DNA of 30,049 nucleotides from an uncultured virus (IMG/VR IMGVR_UViG_3300014576_000001) (Duplodnaviria > Heunggongvirae > Uroviricota > Caudoviricetes). The position numbers and the translations under genes are program-made. Location: the IMG/VR virus record IMGVR_UViG_3300014576_000001; one strand, 5' to 3'. The notes under the pieces were generated by a model. That model searched no databases, was not told the origin of the DNA, and saw nothing but the letters and a program-made list of their open reading frames with translations. Positions 17,263 to 26,652 of this stretch are shown one piece after another; position 1 is the stretch's first letter; every line of letters starts with the position of its first letter.

Positions 17263-17783
17263 ACCTGCGCCACAAAATCGCCATCGGCGCCCTGGTGCTG
17301 GCCAGCAGCACGTTCACTTCATTCCTGGGCAAGTGGGAAGGCACCGGACAGAACGTCGTCTATGCCGATCCGCTAGCCCGTGGCCTGCCAACAGTGTGCA
17401 AGGGCATCACCCGTTACACCAGCCCGGTGCCGGTCGTGGTGGGCGACTACTGGTCCGACGCCCGCTGCGCCGAGGTGGAAAGCCTGGTGGTTTCGAAAGG
17501 GCAGCTTGCGCTGGCCGACTGCCTGACGAATCAGGCGATCGGGCAGAACACCTTCGACGCGTTGAGCAGTCATGGCCACAACGTTGGCACGCCGAATACC
17601 TGCGCCAGTCGGGCCGTGGGCCTGATCAACGCCGGTCGCATTGCCGAAGGCTGCAGGGCGCTGGCTTACGCGCCGGATGGCTCGCCGGTCTGGTCCTACG
17701 TGACCCTGCCCAATGGTCACAAGCAATTCGTCCAGGGGCTGCACAACCGCCGGATCGCCGAAATGGAGCTGTGCCTGAAATGA
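17259..17783 (+). CDS. Endolysin, GH24 lysozyme with likely SAR domain
   Basis: Basic then weakly hydrophobic N-terminus (MNLRHKIAIGALVLASSTF), E...D...TVCKG catalytic segment, GLHNRR..E..LC C-terminus. Confidence 0.9.
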   Translation: MNLRHKIAIGALVLASSTFTSFLGKWEGTGQNVVYADPLARGLPTVCKGITRYTSPVPVVVGDYWSDARCAEVESLVVSKGQLALADCLTNQAIGQNTFDALSSHGHNVGTPNTCASRAVGLINAGRIAEGCRALAYAPDGSPVWSYVTLPNGHKQFVQGLHNRRIAEMELCLK

Positions 17784-18295
17784 CCATCGCACCGCTACGC
17801 CTTGCCTTGTTGGTACTGCTGGCCAGCCTGATCGGCTACGTCATTTTCGATCACGTCACCGATCAGCGCGACAGCGCCAGGCGTGAACGTGATTCGGCTA
17901 TGAGCGAGCGTGACGGCCTGCGTGAGGCGGCGCGCATCAGCGGCGAAATGCTCGCTGCCCGTGACCAGGTCGACCAACAACACACGAAGGAACTGAACCT
18001 TGCGAACGCTCAAATTCTTGCTCTGCGCCGCGATGTTGACGATGGCCGTCAGCGGCTGCTCATCCGTGCCACCTGCAGACCCGCTGCCGTCGCCACTGCC
18101 ACCGGCACCGCCAGCGTGGCTGATGCAGGCCCCGCCGAACTCGCAGCAGACGCTCGATCGGATTATTTCACCCTCCGAGGTCAGCTCGCCCTAAGCAAGC
18201 AAATGATCCTCGGCCTGCAGGACTACATCCGCCAGGTGATCCAGCGATCGCCGGCTACAGCTGCACCCCTTAACCCAACGGAAACCAAGCAATGA
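17780..18295 (+). CDS. Rz: i-spanin (Rz-like)
   Basis: N-terminal TM, coiled coil, ARSDYFTLR...GLQDYIR motif; start at ATG 17780. Confidence 0.9.
   Translation: MTIAPLRLALLVLLASLIGYVIFDHVTDQRDSARRERDSAMSERDGLREAARISGEMLAARDQVDQQHTKELNLANAQILALRRDVDDGRQRLLIRATCRPAAVATATGTASVADAGPAELAADARSDYFTLRGQLALSKQMILGLQDYIRQVIQRSPATAAPLNPTETKQ
18000..18194 (+). CDS. Rz1: o-spanin lipoprotein embedded in Rz (+1 frame)
   Basis: TTG start after GAAGGA, signal peptide with lipobox VSG-C, Pro-rich PPAPPAWLMQAPP. Confidence 0.85.
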   Translation: MRTLKFLLCAAMLTMAVSGCSSVPPADPLPSPLPPAPPAWLMQAPPNSQQTLDRIISPSEVSSP

Positions 18296-18582
18296 CCGAC
18301 GTAAACCGCGACATCACCCTGGAAATTGGCGATAGCGAATTCACCTTCCGCCTGACCCCGGCTGAGGTGACGAAGTACTTCAACGCCACCACGAACAACA
18401 ACAAGGTCGCGCCGGCCAACAACCTGCTGGTGACCACGGTCCTGCAGGAACAACGCGCCGAGCTGAAACCGCACCTGGCCAACCCGATCCGCGTCATGGA
18501 GCTGGCCGGCGCGCTGATGGAGGAGTACTCGCCGGATCTTGAAGTCATCGTAAAAAAGTCCTCGGCCACGCTGACGGCCTAA
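18292..18582 (+). CDS. Tail assembly chaperone (short form)
   Basis: 96-aa ORF (NNKVAPANN) upstream of tape measure, ending near a slippery site. Confidence 0.8.
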   Translation: MTDVNRDITLEIGDSEFTFRLTPAEVTKYFNATTNNNKVAPANNLLVTTVLQEQRAELKPHLANPIRVMELAGALMEEYSPDLEVIVKKSSATLTA

Positions 18583-18746
18583 CCGAAGACGGACTGGGCC
18601 AGCTCCTGGCCCTGACCAATCGCTGGCTACCTGGTGCCGAACCGTCCATTGAAAACATGGGCGTCGCCAAGTGGCTGGAAGACGAACACTGGCGCCGCAT
18701 GGAGATTGCCGTAGCAAACGGCATCGCCTTCGCGCTGAACGGATAG
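18552..18746 (+). CDS. -1 frameshift extension of tail assembly chaperone
   Basis: A-AAA-AAG at 18552-18558; -1 frame open to TAG 18744-18746 (VLGHADGLTEDGLGQLLALTNRWLPG...WLEDEHWRRMEIAVANGIAFALNG), ending 7 nt before tape measure. Confidence 0.85.
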   Translation, partial: KKVLGHADGLTEDGLGQLLALTNRWLPGAEPSIENMGVAKWLEDEHWRRMEIAVANGIAFALNG

Positions 18747-18753
18747 GATACCC

Positions 18754-20850
18754 ATGGCCGACCGCGCTGCCCGCCTGGCTTTCATCCTGAGTCTGACCGA
18801 CAAGGTCAGCGCGCCCCTGGGCAAGGTGAAAACCAGCTTTTCCGACCTGGCCAACCAGAGCCAGCAGAACATCAAACAGGTGGGCATCGGCCTGGCTGGG
18901 ATGGTGGGCGCCGGCGTGGCCATTACCGAATCACTGGAGCCAGCGCTGGAAATGAACCGAGCGCTGGGCCAAGTCAAATCCCTGGGCGTTGCCGAAGACG
19001 CCCTTGAATCGCTGAACAGGAAGGCGCTGGAGTTCTCGGTGGCCTACGGCACGCACGCCAATGAGTTTGTCGAGTCGGCCTACAGCATTTCCGGCGCGAT
19101 CAAGGGGCTGACCGGCGAGCAGCTGGCCACCTTCACCAACACCAGCAACCTGTTGGCCAAGGCCACCAAGGCCGATGCGGAAACCCTCGGCGAGTACCTG
19201 GGCACGATGTACAACCTGTTCAAGACCCAGGCCGACGCGATCGGAAAGGACACTTGGGTTGAAAAACTGGGCGGCCAGACGGCGCTGGCGGTGAAGCTGT
19301 TCCGCACCAGCGGCGCCCAGCTCAAGGACGCGTTCAAGGAATCCGGATCGATCGCTACCAGCTTCGGCGTCAGCCTGGCTGAGCAGTTCGCCGTGATCGG
19401 CACGCTGTCCAGCACCATGGAAGGCGGCGATGCCGGCGGGCGCTACAAGGCGTTCTTCGAAAACGCAGCCAACGGCGCCAAAACCCTCGGCGTGACGCTG
19501 ACCGACCAGAAGGGCAACTTGCTGCCGATCCTCGACATTCTGGACAAGTTGCAGGGCAAAGTTGGCGACCTCAACAGCTCCGCAGCGAGCGCCAAGCTGT
19601 TGGCTGCATTCGGCGGGGAAGGGGCCCAGGTTATCGCGGCGCTGGCCAAGGACACCGACCGTTTGAAAGACGGCTTGAATCAGCTGGGCCAGGTGCGCGG
19701 CCTGGAAAGCGCCGAGAAGATGGCGAAAGCCATGGTCGACCCCTGGCAGCAGTTCGGCGCCGCCGTCCAGGCGCTGCGCATCGCCTTCGGCCAATCGCTG
19801 ATCCCGCTGCTCACTCCGCTGATGGAGCGTCTGGTGGGCATCGCGACGACGCTGACCCGTTGGACCCAGCTATTTCCGAACATTACTCGCGCCGTGGGCC
19901 TGGTTGTCCTGGTGATCCTTGGCCTGGCCGGGGCAATGGCGGCGCTGACCACTGTCGTCGGCTTGAGCAAGCTGGTTTGGCTGTCCCTGGTCACGGTCTG
20001 GAAAGTTCTGACCTGGACAGGCTTTCGCAGCATCGCGATGTTCGTCTATCACACCGTGCTGATTGCTGCGTTTGTGGTGGGCATGGTCGCCATGTACACC
20101 TGGATGGCGCTGGTCCGCACCGGGATGTTGCTGTGGCAAGCGGCTATCTGGCTGGTCAATGCCGCGCTGCTGGCCAACCCTGTGGTCTGGATCGTTGTAG
20201 GGATCGCCGCCCTGGTCGCTGCTGTTGTTGCGGCGGTCGTGTACTGGGATGAATGGACCAGCGCATTGATGAACACGGCGGCGTTCCAGTGGGTCTCGGC
20301 GCAGTTGCAGAAGCTGTCGGACTGGTTCGATTCAATGGGTGGCTGGTCCGGCATGGCCAGCGCGGCGTGGGACGGGATTGTTGCGATCTTCAAAGACGCG
20401 ATCGCCGGCCTCATCGATCTGCTGAACAAGATCCCCGGCGTGAAAATCGATGCGAGCTTTGGCGAGATGCCCAAGGCGCCCGATGTGCCTGGCGTTGAAG
20501 CGCAACTGCCTAGCACCCCAGCGGTGGACCGCGCCCTACAGGCCGCACGACTGGCGTCCATGCCGGCGGCGAATAGCCCGCTCAGTGCCGTGCCCCCGCT
20601 GGTCATGGCAGAACCGATCGGTGATCAGGCCGACCAGGCCAAACAGACTTTGCGCGCCACTGTGGCCAGCGTTTCCCCGACACGACCGAATGCTGTTCCG
20701 CAGGGCGGTCTGCTGCGTGCGATTCAGAACAGCACCACCAATAACCAGACGCAAAAAGGCGTGCATGTGGAACACCTCACCATTGAAAACAGCAAGCCGT
20801 TAACCCCGCTGGAGCTTGAAAACATGGTCGGCATGGCGGTGAGCGGATGA
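18754..20850 (+). CDS. Tail tape measure protein (TP901-like core)
   Basis: 698 aa, Ala/Gly-rich helical with hydrophobic segment and ANPVVWIV...W repeats. Confidence 0.92.
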   Translation: MADRAARLAFILSLTDKVSAPLGKVKTSFSDLANQSQQNIKQVGIGLAGMVGAGVAITESLEPALEMNRALGQVKSLGVAEDALESLNRKALEFSVAYGTHANEFVESAYSISGAIKGLTGEQLATFTNTSNLLAKATKADAETLGEYLGTMYNLFKTQADAIGKDTWVEKLGGQTALAVKLFRTSGAQLKDAFKESGSIATSFGVSLAEQFAVIGTLSSTMEGGDAGGRYKAFFENAANGAKTLGVTLTDQKGNLLPILDILDKLQGKVGDLNSSAASAKLLAAFGGEGAQVIAALAKDTDRLKDGLNQLGQVRGLESAEKMAKAMVDPWQQFGAAVQALRIAFGQSLIPLLTPLMERLVGIATTLTRWTQLFPNITRAVGLVVLVILGLAGAMAALTTVVGLSKLVWLSLVTVWKVLTWTGFRSIAMFVYHTVLIAAFVVGMVAMYTWMALVRTGMLLWQAAIWLVNAALLANPVVWIVVGIAALVAAVVAAVVYWDEWTSALMNTAAFQWVSAQLQKLSDWFDSMGGWSGMASAAWDGIVAIFKDAIAGLIDLLNKIPGVKIDASFGEMPKAPDVPGVEAQLPSTPAVDRALQAARLASMPAANSPLSAVPPLVMAEPIGDQADQAKQTLRATVASVSPTRPNAVPQGGLLRAIQNSTTNNQTQKGVHVEHLTIENSKPLTPLELENMVGMAVSG

Positions 20851-21164
20851 GCGAATACCTCGATCTGCTGATCACTGACAACGACCTGGTGCTGGATCCG
20901 GGCCGACAGCCTGAACCGGTGACCGACCGGGCCTGCATCGCCCAGGACATTGGACACATGATCCGCGACAGCGGCCTGATGGTCGCCCTGGTGGCCGAGC
21001 GCAGCCCGCTGATCCAGCGTGACTACCGCCAGCAGTTGGAGCTGCTGGTGGAAACGGACGTGCGCCTGGTGCCGGGGACTGCGCGGGTTAAATCCCAGGG
21101 CAATGGGCAGTACCTGGTGAGCGCGAAAACCCTGGAATTCGGCGACGTCGAGGTCACCCTATGA
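20847..21164 (+). CDS. Baseplate wedge protein (DUF2590 / gpW-like)
   Basis: IAQDIGHMIRDSG and DVRLVPGT motifs; synteny. Confidence 0.75.
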   Translation: MSEYLDLLITDNDLVLDPGRQPEPVTDRACIAQDIGHMIRDSGLMVALVAERSPLIQRDYRQQLELLVETDVRLVPGTARVKSQGNGQYLVSAKTLEFGDVEVTL

Positions 21165-22333
21165 CTGACCTGAATTTCAAAGAGATTCTGGCCGATTCGG
21201 GCATTCCGACTACCGATGCAGCGCTGCGCGCTGCCTGGGAGGCCGAAGTGGTTACCCAGGGCGCAAAGGTGGCCAACACCAGCGCCTATTCGCCGTTCTG
21301 GCGGGTGATGACTGCCTTGGTCACCAAGCCGGTGCTGTGGCTGCTCACCTTCGTCAGCGACACGGTGCTGCCGAATTTCTTCGTTAAGACCGCTGGCGGC
21401 ACGTGGCTCGACACCTTGGCCTGGGCCGTGAACGTCACCCGGAAAGGTGCGAGCCAAGCCGTGGGAGTGATCGAGTTCACTCGAACGGGTGCATCCGGAA
21501 CGCTGCAAGTGCCGATCGGGACCGTTGTGCAGTCCACACCGATCAATGGCAACGTCTACCAGCTGACCACCACCGCCGACGCCACGTTTGCAGACGGGCA
21601 GACGACCGTACGCGCCCCGGTGATCGCGTTGGAGGCAGGCAGCGGCTACAACCTGGCTCCTGGTTATTTTGCGGTGTTGCCTACGCCGATCGCAGGCGTG
21701 GTCGCCGTGCATAACCCCGAAGACTGGCTGGCCACCCCCGGTGCCGATGACGAACCCGACGACGAGCTGCGCCTGCGCGTGCGCAACCAGTTTTCAGCTG
21801 TGAACCAGTGGCATACCGACGCCGTGTATCGAGCATTGATCGCGGCGTTTCAGGGCGTATCGCCTGATGGCGTGTTCTTTCAGCACGGCGCGCCGCGTGG
21901 CCCAGGCAGCGCCAATGCCTACGTCCTGTTCGAAGCCGGTGTGCCGGCTGACACGTACCTGGAGCAGATCAACGCCCGGATCATGGACGAGGGCAACCAT
22001 GGGCACGGCGATGACATGAAAGTGTTTGTCATGCCGGAAACCCAGCACGCTGTGGCCTTGAGCGTCTGGCCGGTGGCGAACCTGACCGCCAAACAGCGCG
22101 CAGATCTACAGGCCGATATCGAAATGTTCATCCGCTCGGCGTTCCGCGAGAGCACCGGCAGGGACTACAGCCCGACGCTGACCTGGCCACAGTCGCGGTT
22201 TTCATTCAGCCGCCTGACAGAGGAACTGCACGCCCAGTTCGCGGGCATTGATTCGTTGAAGTTCGTGAATGACGACATCGTGTCCGACCTGACCATTCCG
22301 CGCCTGCAGGCCGTCGAGGTGACGCTGCAATGA
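21161..22333 (+). CDS. Baseplate J/gp47-family protein
   Basis: AGSGYNL, GADDEPDDELRLR, PRGPGSAN motifs. Confidence 0.92.
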   Translation: MTDLNFKEILADSGIPTTDAALRAAWEAEVVTQGAKVANTSAYSPFWRVMTALVTKPVLWLLTFVSDTVLPNFFVKTAGGTWLDTLAWAVNVTRKGASQAVGVIEFTRTGASGTLQVPIGTVVQSTPINGNVYQLTTTADATFADGQTTVRAPVIALEAGSGYNLAPGYFAVLPTPIAGVVAVHNPEDWLATPGADDEPDDELRLRVRNQFSAVNQWHTDAVYRALIAAFQGVSPDGVFFQHGAPRGPGSANAYVLFEAGVPADTYLEQINARIMDEGNHGHGDDMKVFVMPETQHAVALSVWPVANLTAKQRADLQADIEMFIRSAFRESTGRDYSPTLTWPQSRFSFSRLTEELHAQFAGIDSLKFVNDDIVSDLTIPRLQAVEVTLQ

Positions 22334-22929
22334 TCAAGCTTGAACTGCCGTTCTGGCTCGGTGGCGCCGAGCTGACAAAGCTACAGGTCAGCGCGCAGGC
22401 CTGGTGGGAAACCGTGGAGCACTGGGTGGGCTGGCCGCTGCGTCAACTGGATGCTGAAACCTGCCACGTCGCCGTGCTCGATCTGCTGGCCTGGCAGCGG
22501 GATATCACCCGATTCCGTGGCGAGCCTGAAAGCCTGTACCGGCTGCGCGTGAAATTCGCTTTCGTGAATGCCGTGGACGCGGGATCCGTCGCAGGTTTCC
22601 AGCGGATCTTCCAGCGTCTGGGCATCGGTGAGGTTCGCATCGCCGAGCGTCAACCAGATCGTGATTGGGACATCGTGCAGTTGCACCTGGACGACCAGCA
22701 GCTATCGGACTTTCCACAGCTGCTCGATCTGGTGGTGCATCAGTACGGGCGGACCTGCCGCCGCTACGAGCTGGTCAGCACGACAGTTCTGCAGTTGAGC
22801 ATCAGCACCGGCGAGATCAGTAGCGACCATATGAGTCTGACGGCTCGTTTTGATTACACCCGAACGGCGGGATTGACCCTCAAAGCCGCCGAATTCAACA
22901 ACGACCAGATGACTCTGGTCACTCGCTGA
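22330..22929 (+). CDS. Baseplate/tail protein (gpI-like)
   Basis: LDLLAWQRDITRF, AGSVAG motifs; between J and fibre. Confidence 0.85.
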   Translation: MIKLELPFWLGGAELTKLQVSAQAWWETVEHWVGWPLRQLDAETCHVAVLDLLAWQRDITRFRGEPESLYRLRVKFAFVNAVDAGSVAGFQRIFQRLGIGEVRIAERQPDRDWDIVQLHLDDQQLSDFPQLLDLVVHQYGRTCRRYELVSTTVLQLSISTGEISSDHMSLTARFDYTRTAGLTLKAAEFNNDQMTLVTR

Positions 22930-22943
22930 AAGGAAATCTCCCG

Positions 22944-25211
22944 ATGGGGGCAAGCATTACCCTGGCAGGTGAAAGCCTGATCGCACAGAAACAAGCGTCC
23001 CGCGAAGTGCTGCAGGTGGCGCGTTTCATCCTGGCTGACGTGCCAGGCCTCGACACGACCCTGCCCGTAGACCGTTCAGCGGGCAAACCTCCGGCAGCGC
23101 AGATCGTAAACACCGTGGCCGTCACTCGCGAAGGCTATTTGAATCCGAATCAGGTGGTGTACAGCCTGATGATGAACAGTACGGTCGGCGACTTCGACTT
23201 TAACTGGATGGGCCTGGAAACCAGCGAAGGCGTGTTGCTGATCGCGGCCTACATCCCGCGTCAGCAGAAGCGCAAAGAGATTCCGCCGCTGCAGTCCGGC
23301 AACAATCTGACCCGCAATATCGTTCTGGAATACAACGGTGCGCAAAGTCTGACCGGCATCCAGGTGCCCGCGAGCACGTGGCAGTTCGATTTCACCACTG
23401 AGTTTGCGCGCCTTGATGCGCGGCTGGATGCAGTCGAAGCTTCCCTGGCCAAAAAACTGGATCTGGAAAACTGGACGCCCCCACAGCGCGTCAATCTGGA
23501 CGGCCCGGTGCTGATTTACCCAGGCAGTACCAACACGTTCAAGATCACTGATTACAACTCGGGCAGCATTTTTGCCGTGGCCACAGACACCGGCACAGTG
23601 TCCAGGAGCGGTGACACCATTACGCTGACGATCGCGTCCAACGCTGCTGCCGGCATCGTCACGCTTGACGTCACCCGAGACGGCACGAAGGTGACCTTTA
23701 AAATCGCACTGGGGTCAGCGGCGATTGGCAAACCGTCGTTCGTATTCCCTGCAGCCAACGCAACGTCGGTCGGATTTGAACCCACGCTGACATCGAGCGC
23801 CTTCGTGGTCTACCCGGCGGGCTATGACGTCCACGCAAAGACCCGATGGCAGGTCTCGCGTAACGTCGGATTTACGGACCTGATCGTTGATCAGCTGGAA
23901 GCCACGAATAAACTCAGTGAGAGCCTCACCGACCTGGGCAAGCGTCTCGCACCGTCGACAAAGTACTGGGCGCGCCTCATGCACCTGGGCAACACGCTGC
24001 AGTCGGTGTATTCGGACGTGATCAGCTTCACCACTGCATCGGTGTACATCCGCAAGCCGACTATTACTGCCCCGGCAGATGGAGCGCTCAAGGTCAGCGC
24101 CCTGGCAAAGGTGGTGGGTGATGCATTCAGCGTGCTCGGCGGCGCCGATACTCAAGACGCTGGGCGTCTGCAGATTTCAGCGTCCACGGACTTTGCCTCG
24201 TTGGTGTATGACAGTGGGTGGAGCACGACCCAGCTTACAGCGTTCCAGCTCACCACCCCTCTGGCCTTCGCGACCAAATACTACGCACGGATCAAGTATC
24301 GGGGCTTGTCGATCGGCGAAAGCGAATGGTCGGTAATCGTGAGTTTCACCACCGATGAACAGCTGACCGGGACTTACACCCAGCTCAATGGTGGGGCCAC
24401 TCCGCGCTATTCGCCCGCTGTGGTTAGCGTAGGCAACAAGTTGTATGTGTATGGCGGAGGAGTTAGCACAGGAGGTGCCGCCGCACTGAATGATCTGTGG
24501 GTGTATGACTCTGCAGCTAACTCATGGAGCCAGAAAGCCAGCGGCGGCACAGGCCGGTATACCCACGTCGCCGTTGAGATAAACGGAAAGATTTACGTGA
24601 CTGGCGGTTATGACGGCAACGCCTTCCACGGCGACTCATGGTGCTACGACATTGCGACCGACAAGTGGACGGCCATCGCCAACAACACCTATGGCCTCGG
24701 ATACTGCTGCGCCGTGGCTTACAACGGGAAGATGTATGTTTATGGAGGCGGGGCATACGGTACGTTGTACGCGATATTGCGCTGCTACGACCCCGTCAAG
24801 AACGAATGGACAACTGTGTCTACTGCGCCATCGGCCCGCCAAGGTTCATCGTGCTGCCTGATCAACGGCAAGCTCTATATCTACGGAGGCTCCAGTAGCG
24901 ACAGCGTCGGGCCTGGCGGCATGTGCTACGACTTCGCGACCGATAAATGGACGCTGTTGAAGGTCGGACCTGGCTCGATCATCTATCCCGTTGCCGCGAA
25001 CTGCTCGAACAAGATGTACATCTTCGGGGGTGTTCGTGGGGGCAGTAATGCGATCGATGAGCTGTGGTGTTACGACCCTGCCACCGATACCTGGTTGAAA
25101 CTGCCAGGAGGCGCAACACCTCGCTATTACCACGCCGGTGCTGCGATTGATAACAAGCTGTATATCTACGCTGGCCAATGGAACATGAACGACCTGTGGC
25201 GGATTAACTAA
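22944..25211 (+). CDS. Tail fibre / receptor-binding protein: gpH-like N-terminus, 2 FN3-like repeats, 6 Kelch repeats
   Basis: N-terminal VGDFDFNWMGL baseplate-binding motif; duplicated ~108-aa modules ending TKY.AR...S...SFTT; six K[LIM]Y[VI]xGG...YD.....W repeats. Confidence 0.88.
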   Translation: MGASITLAGESLIAQKQASREVLQVARFILADVPGLDTTLPVDRSAGKPPAAQIVNTVAVTREGYLNPNQVVYSLMMNSTVGDFDFNWMGLETSEGVLLIAAYIPRQQKRKEIPPLQSGNNLTRNIVLEYNGAQSLTGIQVPASTWQFDFTTEFARLDARLDAVEASLAKKLDLENWTPPQRVNLDGPVLIYPGSTNTFKITDYNSGSIFAVATDTGTVSRSGDTITLTIASNAAAGIVTLDVTRDGTKVTFKIALGSAAIGKPSFVFPAANATSVGFEPTLTSSAFVVYPAGYDVHAKTRWQVSRNVGFTDLIVDQLEATNKLSESLTDLGKRLAPSTKYWARLMHLGNTLQSVYSDVISFTTASVYIRKPTITAPADGALKVSALAKVVGDAFSVLGGADTQDAGRLQISASTDFASLVYDSGWSTTQLTAFQLTTPLAFATKYYARIKYRGLSIGESEWSVIVSFTTDEQLTGTYTQLNGGATPRYSPAVVSVGNKLYVYGGGVSTGGAAALNDLWVYDSAANSWSQKASGGTGRYTHVAVEINGKIYVTGGYDGNAFHGDSWCYDIATDKWTAIANNTYGLGYCCAVAYNGKMYVYGGGAYGTLYAILRCYDPVKNEWTTVSTAPSARQGSSCCLINGKLYIYGGSSSDSVGPGGMCYDFATDKWTLLKVGPGSIIYPVAANCSNKMYIFGGVRGGSNAIDELWCYDPATDTWLKLPGGATPRYYHAGAAIDNKLYIYAGQWNMNDLWRIN

Positions 25212-25729
25212 TGTATCGGCTCGAAAGCTATGGCGCAGAAGGCGCCACCGTGATTAACGACAGTTTCCCTTACCAATCGATTTTTCGTGCCGCCGATGTT
25301 GCAGCGGCAGAGCTGATCGTTGTCGGACTCAATCAACAGGTGATGCTTAGCGAACTCGCCGACTATCGATTCAGCTTCGAAGTAGCCGGCCTCACGTTGA
25401 ATGACGGGATGAAAATTCTGACTGACCGTGAAAGCCAGTCACAGCTGTTCGGATCATACACAACCCTGAAAAACGGCTTAATCCCGGATACCGACTGGAA
25501 GGCTGCAAATGGCTGGCAACTCGGTTCTTTGACAGAGATCGAGCCGATCGCCCGCGCCATGGCTGCGCACGTACGTGGTTGCTTTCGTGGCGAAAGAACC
25601 GTGACAACCGCCATCGCCGAGGCAACCACGATGGAGCAGATAGAGGCAATCGACATTCGTGCGCAGTTCATGGCGTCGTATCAGGGCGCTTTTGATGAGG
25701 TGATGTCCGCAGCGCAGGCTCTCGCATGA
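25211..25729 (+). CDS. DUF4376-like fibre-associated protein
   Basis: YR...EVAG, TDRESQ, WKAANGW, HVRGCF..E motifs; coupled to fibre stop. Confidence 0.75.
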   Translation: MYRLESYGAEGATVINDSFPYQSIFRAADVAAAELIVVGLNQQVMLSELADYRFSFEVAGLTLNDGMKILTDRESQSQLFGSYTTLKNGLIPDTDWKAANGWQLGSLTEIEPIARAMAAHVRGCFRGERTVTTAIAEATTMEQIEAIDIRAQFMASYQGAFDEVMSAAQALA

Positions 25730-26652
25730 CGTGGTTCCCCGTCAGCATGCAGTGGCCCGAGGAAGCCACCCGATGGATGGGCGATCTGGACGCGGCAAAG
25801 GACATGGCCGCGTCGGATCTGCAGGGCGCCGGTCAGCGCCTGGACAGCCTGAAAGACCTTGCCACCACGGACCTGAGCCAGATCGGTGACTTGGCCAAAA
25901 ACGCCGCGGCGATCGGTCGTGATGCGCTGAACGGCCAGTTTGGCGAGGCGCCGCGGTGCATCACGGTCACGCCGTTCCAGCCGGGCGTAGGCGAGGGCAC
26001 CGGTTACCAGCGCGCTTTATCGGCTCCGAGCGTCGTGCAGCGATTGGCTGACAAGCTGCAAGACGTCACTGATCCGAATCGTCCGGAGGGCGAGCAGCAC
26101 GCTGTCGTGATTCTGTTCCTGGGCACGCGCTACGACGGTATGTCGTCGCTCCTGGGCAAGTTCAATGCCCTGATGCCGATCGGTGACCTGCAGCGCGCCG
26201 AGCGACGGGCCAAGAACCTCGTCCAGCTCGACCTCGACAAGTGGAACATTCCGGTTGCCGGCGAGCAGCCGCAATGGATCAGCGCACCGATGGAGCGCTG
26301 CACGGTGCTGCGCGAGGCGAGCCAGGCATTCAACGGCCAGTTGGCCAGCCTTGAGTCCTACGCGGCGAACAGCTCGCCGCTCAGTGACCTGGCCGACCTT
26401 GCCCAGCGCAAAGCCGAACAGGCGGTGGAGCAGGGCGATCGTCTGGCGGCGTTGCGCGATCTGCTCAACAGCGGCACCGACGATGCGGGGATGCAAGCGC
26501 GGATGATCGGCCCCGGCGACACCGCCGAGCTGCGCAAGCAGCTGCTGGAAAGCGACAACGCACCAGGGCATGAATGGGTCATGTCGTCCGGCGTGATGTT
26601 CGTCGGTTCGCTCAAGGGGCTGAGTTTCGTTCGGGAGATGTTGGGCCTATGA
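25726..26652 (+). CDS. Conserved phage tail-region protein, function unknown
   Basis: 308-aa ORF with ATGA overlaps on both sides. Confidence 0.8.
   Translation: MTWFPVSMQWPEEATRWMGDLDAAKDMAASDLQGAGQRLDSLKDLATTDLSQIGDLAKNAAAIGRDALNGQFGEAPRCITVTPFQPGVGEGTGYQRALSAPSVVQRLADKLQDVTDPNRPEGEQHAVVILFLGTRYDGMSSLLGKFNALMPIGDLQRAERRAKNLVQLDLDKWNIPVAGEQPQWISAPMERCTVLREASQAFNGQLASLESYAANSSPLSDLADLAQRKAEQAVEQGDRLAALRDLLNSGTDDAGMQARMIGPGDTAELRKQLLESDNAPGHEWVMSSGVMFVGSLKGLSFVREMLGL

Noticed and set aside
15063..17779. Extended starts for sheath (15063), endolysin (17037) and Rz (17333)
   Set aside because: They overlap upstream genes; internal ATGs at 15273, 17259 and 17780 have an RBS or ATGA coupling.
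24370..25211. Diversity-generating retroelement target in the Kelch tip
   Set aside because: No reverse transcriptase and no near-identical template repeat seen in the window; Kelch repeats are diverged at DNA level and C-ending codons fit normal GC bias.
22944..26652. Invertible tail-fibre cassette
   Set aside because: No invertase, no inverted second fibre tip and no flanking inverted repeats seen.
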